Source: a virus. From it: a DNA stretch of 64,000 nucleotides. The position numbers and the translations under genes are program-made. Below, in pieces: positions 1-7,900 of this stretch. The stretch covers positions 64,001 through 128,000 of IMG/VR virus record IMGVR_UViG_3300032242_003148; one strand, written 5' to 3'. How positions within the stretch are numbered: position 1 is the stretch's first letter; the number at the start of each line of letters is the position of its first letter. The notes under the pieces were generated by a model. That model did no database searches. It saw only the letters and a program-made list of their open reading frames with translations, and was not told where the DNA came from.

Positions 1-146
1 GAGTTCTTCTGACACACTGGATCAGCTCTAATGTGCTGCCAGCTTATCGCAATGGGATTTCTCGGATAAAATGTTGCTCCCCTCAGTCCATGGTATTGGA
101 CAAGAAGGGAGCGGGTTCGACATTCAAATTGGTGGAGGCGAGGGGA

Positions 147-799
147 CAGATAATTCAAGAATTTTCATCCTTGTCTGGACTATTCCTTTTTCTTGGAGTA
201 TGGTTGTGCTTTAACCGTGTTCAAGAAAAACCGCATTTATGAAATTGTCTATCCAATACACCGCTGGACTTATTGACGGAGAAGGAACCATTACTCTTAG
301 TTATGATAATAAAAAAGATAAATGGCGAGCTCCTATCGTCTCAGTCAGCAGCACTACCCTTGAAATACTTGATGCCCTTAAAGAATCCTACGGAGGATGT
401 ATTTGTAAGCATAAAGTATATAAGGATCACCATAAGCAGGCATATAGTTGGAGATGTCCAAGAGGTGGCGCAGTTAATCTTTGCGCCAGTCTTAAAGACG
501 TCTTACTTGTACCTGAAAAGGCTTATCGCGCAAAAATGATTTCAGATAAGTATCCTAAATGTACACCTAGAAACGGTAAATACACAAAAGAACTTTCTGA
601 AGCCAAATCTGAGTTTGAATATGATTTTTTCCATCCTAGTAAGCCATAGCACTTTCGTGATTTAGGCTCCTATGAGTCTCTAGCCAGCTTACTCCTTTCG
701 GATTCACCGGACGGTGTTAGCATCAGCATTACCTGGAAGCTTTCGCCGTTTGAGCGGTTTTTTCACTGGATAATTACTTATCCAGGCGACTCTTTATGA
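147..799 (-). mobile_element. Group I self-splicing intron (IA-like) in the tmRNA T-loop
   Basis: P1 CGAU|UC/GAGUCG with U.G at the 5' splice site; terminal G147; P2 hairpin 785-766 with GUAA loop; P3 as a 9-bp inverted repeat (762-754 / 234-226); R element CUAGAGACUCA (~683-673); S element AAGGAAUAGUCC (~188-177); P9 173-156 with GAAA loop. Confidence 0.92.
239..649 (+). CDS. Single-motif LAGLIDADG homing endonuclease, intron-encoded, antisense to the intron
   Basis: N-terminal YTAGLIDGEGTI motif, 136 aa, basic; lies entirely inside the intron. Confidence 0.9.
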   Translation: MKLSIQYTAGLIDGEGTITLSYDNKKDKWRAPIVSVSSTTLEILDALKESYGGCICKHKVYKDHHKQAYSWRCPRGGAVNLCASLKDVLLVPEKAYRAKMISDKYPKCTPRNGKYTKELSEAKSEFEYDFFHPSKP

Positions 800-1024
800 A
801 TCGAACCCCTGTCACTTACTCATTTCAATCAACCGTGTACATGCTTTTCACATTTAATATAAGAACCACAATAATGTGTAAAAGCGCAGTTCAGATTTCC
901 AACTTAACGCAATTGGTGCGTATGCGAGTTATACCCTCACAACATAATCGAGGTACCCTTTTGTAGTACTGGGCATCGGGCGTCCCTGTACCGTTATTGC
1001 TACTAGCGGCTCTTGCCGCTGCGG

Positions 1025-1120
1025 TTAGGCAGCGAGAAGCTCAGCGTCAGCATAGCCATACTTTGCAAGAATGGCATCTGCCTCGGCGAGGCTAGGAGCA
1101 AGCATCTCGTTAGAGTTTGC
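1025..1120 (-). other. tmRNA proteolysis-tag reading frame ANSNEMLAPSLAEADAILAKYGYADAELLAA
   Basis: Resume codon GCA preceded by an A-rich tract; C-terminal LAA and TAA stop, as in ssrA tags. Confidence 0.85.
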
Positions 1121-1239
1121 TTTTATTTTTGTTCTCAGATGATTAAGGAGGCCAACTGAGTTCCTCCGCATGTGGGTGTGATATCTATTTGTAAGCTCGA
1201 GTGCCTGTAACGCCCCCAAATTTTTATAAGTGTATTAAA

Positions 1240-2022
1240 TTATTTAAGCCTAGTAAAGCAAAAGCTGCCTTCTGGAAGTTCTGCTCCGTTAGCTCCTGGG
1301 CTATAATAAACGTGAGGTTTAGAGGGTATTAATACCTTACCAAACTTCTTGGCGATTAACACCACTGTTTCCATAATGCCCAGAGCATATGTATGTACCA
1401 GATTTGAGGTGTTGTTTTTGGTGTTCCGTAGCCACATCTTATCGTCATCAACATAGAGCTGATGTCTATAAGCGGATTTCTCCCCGATCTTTATTGTTTC
1501 CTCTCTGGTATATTTACATCCACGAGCAAGCATGAATGTAAAAATAATATTACCAAGAGGTTTTAACATTTCGGTATCACTCAATAGTTCTTCTATATAG
1601 CCTATAATGCCTCTATTAAATGTACCCATGAAGTCTCCGTAAATGATGTCAAAACCAGCATCTGTGGGATTAAACATCCTAGAGTTAAAATCTCTAACCA
1701 CCACTTCTTCCCATTTGTTGGGTAGTAGTTCTGTTTTTACGTTTTTACCATTAATCGTGGCAGCTACTTCTAGCGCTTTCTTATAAACTACAGGATTTGA
1801 CTCTGTGCCTAGAAAGTTAATCTTATTATTAGGGAAGTTCTGAATCAACTGGCTCTCCCACAGCCACTTCTCTGCAGGTAATGATAAAACATTAACTGGT
1901 TGATTTCTATACTCACGATATGTCATGAGCTTCTTGAGATCCCTATTGATATAAAGATCATTGTCTCTTTTTGCCTTACGGGCAGGTGAAGCCCAATCTA
2001 TTACTTCTACGTTTTTAGCCAT
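1240..2022 (-). CDS. Putative class I SAM-dependent methyltransferase-fold protein
   Basis: Rossmann-like succession VNVLSLPA / NFLGTESN (acidic end of strand 2) / FDIIYGDF / MLKPLGNIIFTF. Confidence 0.55.
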   Translation of the reverse strand: MAKNVEVIDWASPARKAKRDNDLYINRDLKKLMTYREYRNQPVNVLSLPAEKWLWESQLIQNFPNNKINFLGTESNPVVYKKALEVAATINGKNVKTELLPNKWEEVVVRDFNSRMFNPTDAGFDIIYGDFMGTFNRGIIGYIEELLSDTEMLKPLGNIIFTFMLARGCKYTREETIKIGEKSAYRHQLYVDDDKMWLRNTKNNTSNLVHTYALGIMETVVLIAKKFGKVLIPSKPHVYYSPGANGAELPEGSFCFTRLK

Positions 2023-2072
2023 GTTTGTTTTATGGTTATGGTTGGTGTTTTGGTTTAGGGGAGGGGACAGTT

Positions 2073-2790
2073 AAAAATAAGTTTGTGTGATCATCACCAC
2101 TTAGCAGATTAAATACCACCAGCGTGTGGTTAAAAATCAATCTACTAACCGTGTCGCCAGATCTCCTGGGCGCTCTACTCACAAGCTTATTTAAATTCGG
2201 GGCGCGTTCCTGCCAAGACTTCTGCAATTGTCATTAGCAAGGCGGGTGGTTTGTTCATTGTCTTTGCAGAGAACCTATGAGGTTGTCACCAAATATGGGG
2301 TTATACCATATTGACCTATTAGGAGCGTACTTAATTACGATACGTTCCATTTTTGCTGCGCCCAATCCCCCAGCTAGTTTAGCCGGGACGCTCTATGCCT
2401 AGTTGGCTATTTATACTCGCATAGACGAGTTTGAAACACACCCGTGTTGTACCATACACAATCCAAAGCACGCACTAATTGGCTATGTATCGTCGCAGGA
2501 TCTCCCTGCACCCTATTCGGGGAGTGCTTCAAAAATGAGGATCTGTACGCCCGTTTGCTATCTATCTCGGAGCAAGGCAGGGGTCTCGAGATCCCGCTTG
2601 CTTGTATAGACAATATCAACCGTGGACCTTTGGTTAATTAGCGGGCGTACAGATCTTCCCCCCAAAAAGCTAAATGTAACATGCTATCTTCTGTAAGGAA
2701 GATGCACGTTGTTGGGTGTGGGGTTTGTTAACCGATTGATTTACCGCTATACCCTAAATTAATAGAGCCCAGCAAATCGTGGTTACATTT
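2073..2790 (+). ncRNA. Candidate large structured non-coding element (multi-domain)
   Basis: No credible ORF; many nested inverted repeats, e.g. 2540-2553/2642-2655 (14 bp perfect), 2075-2087/2180-2192, 2672-2680/2782-2790. Internal wobbles are mostly G.U on the + strand. Confidence 0.55.
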
Positions 2791-2828
2791 TATTATACCG
2801 CAAAAAATGTGTGTTCTAAATGGGGGGG

Positions 2829-3116
2829 TTAGCACCCATTTAGAAGCTGATTAAGTCTCTTTATTTCTGCCTTGTCGGCTCTACGTATCTCAAACAAATC
2901 ATCAATACTTACGAATGTTCTATCATCATTCTTATTAACTTTCACAATCTTGGGATGGTTCTCTAGCACCTTAATCTTTTCATTAAGTTTCTCTAGTTCT
3001 GCCATTAATTCATTCCTGGTGACCGTTAGCTGTACTGCCATATTGGCGTGAACTTCTAAGTTGTTCTTAAGCTCTGTGTTTTCCCTGATCAACTTGTCTA
3101 CTATTTCGTGGCTCAT
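2829..3116 (-). CDS. Hypothetical coiled-coil protein (95 aa; start reassigned to ATG 3116)
   Basis: Heptad-like L/E/K pattern; the ATG at 3116 avoids overlap with 3139-3402. Confidence 0.6.
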   Translation of the reverse strand: MSHEIVDKLIRENTELKNNLEVHANMAVQLTVTRNELMAELEKLNEKIKVLENHPKIVKVNKNDDRTFVSIDDLFEIRRADKAEIKRLNQLLNGC

Positions 3117-3138
3117 GTATGTTTTGGGTTTGTGTGGT

Positions 3139-3402
3139 TTAGTTGTAGAAAGGGGTGTAGCCCGCTCTAGTGATTCCTTCATCGTGATTAATACTTCCTC
3201 CGTGTGTTCCTGGTAATTCCGCAAAATCGATAGGATTACCTCTCTCATCCGCTCCGAAAATTAACGTTTCCGGTTTATCAAAATCTGGTTTTGAGCAGGT
3301 GACAATTATATAGCTGTGCCCATCTAATGGATGGGAGAGACTGTATAGTCTGCTATCAGCTGCCCAGTCTTCTAACTTTTTTATATATTTGGCTATCTTC
3401 AT
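3139..3402 (-). CDS. Hypothetical protein
   Basis: 87-aa ATG-initiated ORF in operon orientation. Confidence 0.7.
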   Translation of the reverse strand: MKIAKYIKKLEDWAADSRLYSLSHPLDGHSYIIVTCSKPDFDKPETLIFGADERGNPIDFAELPGTHGGSINHDEGITRAGYTPFYN

Positions 3403-3405
3403 GGT

Positions 3406-3436
3406 TAAAAAATAGACAGCGATAACTTGCCGTCTA
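3406..3436 (-). terminator. Probable intrinsic terminator ending the structural gene run
   Basis: TAGACGGC-loop-GCTGTCTA followed by a T6 tract on the minus strand. Confidence 0.55.
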
Positions 3437-3503
3437 ATTAATTATACCAATCAGTTAAGCTATTTAAGCTGGGGGGTGTAAAACTATCTTAGCGAGATAG
3501 ATT

Positions 3504-4163
3504 CTAGCGGGATTTTGATGTTCCTATGGTATCTGCTCCTGGGGGCCATGATGGCTTTAAATCATTCCTGTGTAATTGATTTTCGCCAACGTCCGCGCTC
3601 TCTGCGTGAGGACTTGCTGAGCTATACTCTAAGTTGAAAATATAACTAGCAACAAAGATTGTTCTATCTTTTGGACCTTTACCAGAACCCACTGGTTCTT
3701 TTAAAACTATGTCTAGATAGTATGCACCAGCAAACATTCTGGAAGTGATATAGCTTGGAATCCATATCTCATACATACCTGTTTTTTTGCCTTTGTATAT
3801 ACCATTATCCATAATACCAGTCCAGGTTGTGTTAAGGGCGTGAGGATCGGACTTAACAACGGTAGTAATATGATACTTTTCATCATTCACGGGTTCTCCC
3901 TTATAGTAAAGCACAGCATCAAGAACTACGTCCTCTCCCTGAAAATAAGTTGATGGGTTTGGTACACCCTGCTCGTAGGGTATACCTGGGAAACCCATAA
4001 AACCAATAGGAGAAGTATATTCTCTAAGTGGTGAGTTCTTTCTGCCTCTTATTATGCTCTGTCTGGGCTCTACAGTACCATCAATAGATTCTAAAGGCAC
4101 AGGTATACTTGTACCATCTGCAGAATTTATATAGTATGCTGGATGCTGGTTTGGATTACTCAT
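3504..4163 (-). CDS. Hypothetical virion-associated beta-sandwich protein
   Basis: Beta-rich (YEIWIP..T....AGAYYLDIVL); last gene of the tail/baseplate block. Confidence 0.5.
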   Translation of the reverse strand: MSNPNQHPAYYINSADGTSIPVPLESIDGTVEPRQSIIRGRKNSPLREYTSPIGFMGFPGIPYEQGVPNPSTYFQGEDVVLDAVLYYKGEPVNDEKYHITTVVKSDPHALNTTWTGIMDNGIYKGKKTGMYEIWIPSYITSRMFAGAYYLDIVLKEPVGSGKGPKDRTIFVASYIFNLEYSSASPHAESADVGENQLHRNDLKPSWPPGADTIGTSKSR

Positions 4164-4184
4164 ATAATCGAGTATACCAGTAAA

Positions 4185-4502
4185 CTAGATGCAAATCATC
4201 TCTAATTTATTAGTAGCATTATTCCTCTTATAGTAGCATAGTTCATCCAGTAGGAGAGCATTCTTTATAGCTAAAAAATCAGAGTCATTGAGTGAATTTA
4301 ATGCACTTTCTAGAATTTGTTTATTAACATCTGGGGTTATAATATTTCTAGAGCAATTGCAGCTGTTCGTTGGGGTTGTGCTAAGCTCGTTTTCTTTTAA
4401 ACTCGCAAACCTAGGCATTTCTTGCAATGCAGGTGTGGTTTTTATAAGTGTTAATATCTGGTTTACGCTGGTAAACACCATTCTTCTTTTAGCTGTGGAC
4501 AT
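4185..4502 (-). CDS. Hypothetical protein (CxC motif)
   Basis: 105-aa ORF tightly packed in the operon. Confidence 0.7.
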   Translation of the reverse strand: MSTAKRRMVFTSVNQILTLIKTTPALQEMPRFASLKENELSTTPTNSCNCSRNIITPDVNKQILESALNSLNDSDFLAIKNALLLDELCYYKRNNATNKLEMICI

Positions 4503-4511
4503 ATATGTATT

Positions 4512-5669
4512 TTAGTTGTTTGTAGGTAATAGTTGTACAGGAGAGCATAAATCGGATTCCAGAAATGTCAACCCAACAAATATAGTATTGTTGTTTAAAC
4601 CTGCCTGTCGGTTTCCGGATATATCTGTGTAACTGCTCAGGGTGGGAGTTATATTTGTGTCTTGAATAGGCTGCTGCACAGAATTTCCGTCAAAAAGATA
4701 AATATTGCTGCCTGCTGTGAATTTAAAAACACCGTTTTCATCTGGTGGTATTCCATTAATATATGAAATAATATCACCACAGTCATGGTATGCATCAGGT
4801 AAAAATCTAGTTGTACAGTCCATCTGTAAACCTAACCGATAACCTGCAGTCATGTTTATTAAGTTATTATTAAAATTTATAGCGTAGTTATATCCAGGAG
4901 CAAATTCTATATCTCCTGTTATACCTATGCTTGTTGCTGACTGCAATGGAAGAGATGGAACCAATGTATCGGTGTTTTTAGATCTAATAGTTAATGGTGC
5001 TCCACTAGAATTAGCTGGCCACAATCCAGTAAAAGTCCATTGAGCTCCAGGTGAAGGGTTACCAGAGGCTCCTGTTATTCCAGCAACCAAACCTCCGTTA
5101 AAAACAATTTCATAATTTTTGGGATTAGCTTGTATTTGTGGTCCCCATGCGGGATTACCTAATCCAACACTCACTGTGTTTTGACCAACAGTGGCCTGTC
5201 CCTGAAAGTTCATTATGTTTTCTATTTTGAACCCTCCGCTAACATAATTAGGATTACTTGAGATACTAACAACCCCATTCCATGCTCCACCAAACTGATA
5301 AACAACCGCAGGCTCTACAGGAACAGCAACGTTAAAAACAGTATTTCTTGTTACCTTTTTTAAGTCCTCACCTAGAACCAATAAACTTCCTGCGGTGTTT
5401 CTTAAATAAAGTGGAAATTTTATAGCATCCACGCCAGAAACGCCGTGCTCTGCATAGTTATAGTCAAAAAAGTTATCAGTGAAAATGACAGTTATATCTG
5501 TGGAATTAACTACCAATGCTGTTAATTTAGCTGTATTTGGGTTTGTTGAAGTGTTGATATTCAAAGACAAGTCAAGTATAGCTCCATCCGGGATCTGTGA
5601 AACCGTCTTACCCTCAATTAGTGGGTAAGCTCTCAGTGCGTTTTCATTAAGCCATTCTAATACTTCCAT
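4512..5669 (-). CDS. Baseplate/tail-fibre paralog 5
   Basis: N-terminal LEWLNENALRAYPL family motif; C-terminal INGIPPDENG plus Cys. Confidence 0.65.
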   Translation of the reverse strand: MEVLEWLNENALRAYPLIEGKTVSQIPDGAILDLSLNINTSTNPNTAKLTALVVNSTDITVIFTDNFFDYNYAEHGVSGVDAIKFPLYLRNTAGSLLVLGEDLKKVTRNTVFNVAVPVEPAVVYQFGGAWNGVVSISSNPNYVSGGFKIENIMNFQGQATVGQNTVSVGLGNPAWGPQIQANPKNYEIVFNGGLVAGITGASGNPSPGAQWTFTGLWPANSSGAPLTIRSKNTDTLVPSLPLQSATSIGITGDIEFAPGYNYAINFNNNLINMTAGYRLGLQMDCTTRFLPDAYHDCGDIISYINGIPPDENGVFKFTAGSNIYLFDGNSVQQPIQDTNITPTLSSYTDISGNRQAGLNNNTIFVGLTFLESDLCSPVQLLPTNN

Positions 5670-5670
5670 A

Positions 5671-6441
5671 TTATGCAGATAATGTTGTTAGGGCTAGGCT
5701 GGATGTGTTGGCTGACGCCTGACCAACAACATATATTGAGAGATTCTGATTACTGATAGACTTAAACTTAACTATATCATTTCCACTTAATGTAATATTA
5801 TTGTTTAAAGGTTTAGTTAGGTTTATTTGTTTGAGTGGGTGTATTTTGCTATTTGTTGGCACAACGGCATTGGCAACAGCATTAAATGTAATAGATGCTG
5901 GCGAAGTAGAGGTGTTATAAAATATTGTATTTACACCGGCGGATGTCTGGTAAACTATACCACCTATTTCTGTGAAACTATCTGCTGTATCTTGGTTGGC
6001 TCCCAAAACGAGACTACCATAAGAATTATCCAATCGGTATACAGCGTCATTTAGAGGAATACTTCTAACTGTTGTTGGTATGAACGGGAGTGTTGTGTTT
6101 AACTGCTCTCCTACATAACTACCCCAAGCTGTGTTGGCTCCTTCGCCTATAGTTAAACATCCAAGATACCTATCTCTTCCTGAGTCATACATTCTTAAAT
6201 TTTTTATACCAGAATAAAAGTCAGTTTTTTGATATCTTGCGGTTACTTCACCATTATCAAACGATATTGTGAATTCCATATAATCTTCACCTACCAGTAA
6301 AGATGTAAACACAGGTATAAAATTATCAAATTGTATAAATGATGCATCAACCAACAGGTCGTTTATTTGAAATGGTGCAAAAAATGGATAATTAGTTAAT
6401 CCATTTTCATTTTGCCATCCTAATGTAGTATATTCAGCCAT
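5671..6441 (-). CDS. Baseplate/tail-fibre paralog 4
   Basis: N-terminal LGWQNENGLTNYPF family motif. Confidence 0.65.
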   Translation of the reverse strand: MAEYTTLGWQNENGLTNYPFFAPFQINDLLVDASFIQFDNFIPVFTSLLVGEDYMEFTISFDNGEVTARYQKTDFYSGIKNLRMYDSGRDRYLGCLTIGEGANTAWGSYVGEQLNTTLPFIPTTVRSIPLNDAVYRLDNSYGSLVLGANQDTADSFTEIGGIVYQTSAGVNTIFYNTSTSPASITFNAVANAVVPTNSKIHPLKQINLTKPLNNNITLSGNDIVKFKSISNQNLSIYVVGQASANTSSLALTTLSA

Positions 6442-6443
6442 GA

Positions 6444-7886
6444 TTATCTGTAGTAGAGATATGGTTGAAGGGTAGAAACTCCTCCAGATACACTATTAAA
6501 ATAAACCGAAAATGTGTCACCATCAACAATATTCATAGGTATGGCATAACCTAGACCGGGGTTACTGTGAGTTGGATAAATACTGTCATTCACGGTTCTT
6601 ACGGTGGTAGAGCTATTAGGTGGGATAACTATTCTCTGGAATCCCTCTACGTTGGATGTACTCGGTGCTCCTGATATAAGTTTCGTAGTGCGTAGTAGAG
6701 ATACAGTTAATGTGGCTGCTCCTGTGTTTACATATACTAATGATAATGAGTATTTTTGTTTTGCCGCAGCTGGGTTTATGGAGACCTTGCCTATTAACAC
6801 AGTTGAGTCCGCATTAGCAGTAATTGGACTTATAGGTGTTATGCTGCTATACGTAAAGAATTGAGGCCACCACATAAACTCTGGGTCTGTTACAGAATAT
6901 AAATTGCTGGCGTGATATGCTGATTTAGTATAATAGCTATCTAGTCCTGTTGCTGAGGGGTTGGATCCTGGGAGTGTTCCTCTTTTTATATATATAGGTG
7001 AAATAGGGGGAAGTACTGAATTTCTTGCATTACACAAAGTATTAAGGGTTATAGGGGCGCCGCTGGTAATTGAATTTGCGGTTACTGACAATCCACCTAA
7101 ATCAGTCAATTGGTTTGAATTATCTATATTTTGCTGACTCTGAAAAGATAACGGAGCGACCCCCACCATGAATAAATTACCCTGTAATGCAGGTAGATAA
7201 TTATAAGTATTATGAGAATCAACAGACGTAGGAGATTGATAAAACGGTATAGCTCCATCAATGTATCTAATAACTGGTGTAGGGCAATTATTGAACAGAG
7301 AGGACTTATCTCCTAAGCTCGTAACACTAGCAGAATCTATAACTCCAAAATCAATTTTTTTTGGTGAGTCTACTGGTCTAGATTTTATAATGTTAGACAA
7401 CACCCCAAAATTTACATTTCCTGTTAACCTGGCTCCCCTATAGTTAATACTGGTGACTCCAGGAGGGGTATAATAAAAAATAGTAGACTCCTCTAATTCC
7501 ATTGCGAAAGGTTCAAAAGTATAAACACCAGATAAGGCACTCATGGCCTCCACAGTACCTACAATTAAATTACCACTAGTGAATTTCATTGACTCTGTGA
7601 GTCTTAGTGATGTGAACTCTGAAGTTATGGTTCCATAAAATATACCGATAGTTTCAAAAAAAGAATTAGATAATTTAGCTGCTAAAGTTATTCTTATATC
7701 AGCACCATCCACATATATCTGCCTAATAAATATATTCTTTCTGTCTAAGGTTGTGGTTATGCTTGCACCTACCAATAATTCGTTACTCACTTTTCTTCCG
7801 TCTATAGCGGTGAGAGAAGATTCCGCTTTTAACGGATAACTTCTGAATTGATTCTTGTTTAAAAATTCTAATGAGCTTAAAGACAT
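6444..7886 (-). CDS. Baseplate/tail-fibre paralog 3
   Basis: N-terminal LEFLNKNQFRSYPL family motif. Confidence 0.65.
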   Translation of the reverse strand: MSLSSLEFLNKNQFRSYPLKAESSLTAIDGRKVSNELLVGASITTTLDRKNIFIRQIYVDGADIRITLAAKLSNSFFETIGIFYGTITSEFTSLRLTESMKFTSGNLIVGTVEAMSALSGVYTFEPFAMELEESTIFYYTPPGVTSINYRGARLTGNVNFGVLSNIIKSRPVDSPKKIDFGVIDSASVTSLGDKSSLFNNCPTPVIRYIDGAIPFYQSPTSVDSHNTYNYLPALQGNLFMVGVAPLSFQSQQNIDNSNQLTDLGGLSVTANSITSGAPITLNTLCNARNSVLPPISPIYIKRGTLPGSNPSATGLDSYYTKSAYHASNLYSVTDPEFMWWPQFFTYSSITPISPITANADSTVLIGKVSINPAAAKQKYSLSLVYVNTGAATLTVSLLRTTKLISGAPSTSNVEGFQRIVIPPNSSTTVRTVNDSIYPTHSNPGLGYAIPMNIVDGDTFSVYFNSVSGGVSTLQPYLYYR

Positions 7887-7900
7887 AGCTATACGTTAAT

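Larger units (their letters stand above)
130..1217 (-). ncRNA. ssrA: tmRNA gene, interrupted by a group I intron (exon 1 1217-800, exon 2 146-130)
   Basis: 5' end GGGGGCG (1217-1211) pairs with 3' CGCCTCC-ACCA (ending at 130), giving the G3.U alanine identity pair. The spliced T-arm reads AGGGG-TTCGATT-CCCCT. Tag frame starts at GCA (1120) after AAAATAAAA and ends ...ELLAA-TAA (1025). Confidence 0.95.

Noticed and set aside
33-242. 69-aa + strand ORF, and GGGTTCGA at 113-120 as a tRNA T-arm
   Set aside because: The ORF overlaps tmRNA exon 2 and the intron core; no cloverleaf or CCA accompanies the TTCGA.
1025-1219. 64-aa ORF as a protein gene
   Set aside because: It coincides with the tmRNA; only the 3' part (1120-1025) is the tag frame.
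2036-2641. Four short ORFs (2036-2227, 2403-2609, 2407-2619, 2444-2641)
   Set aside because: Non-ATG starts, three of them mutually overlapping, atypical composition; the region is better explained by secondary structure.
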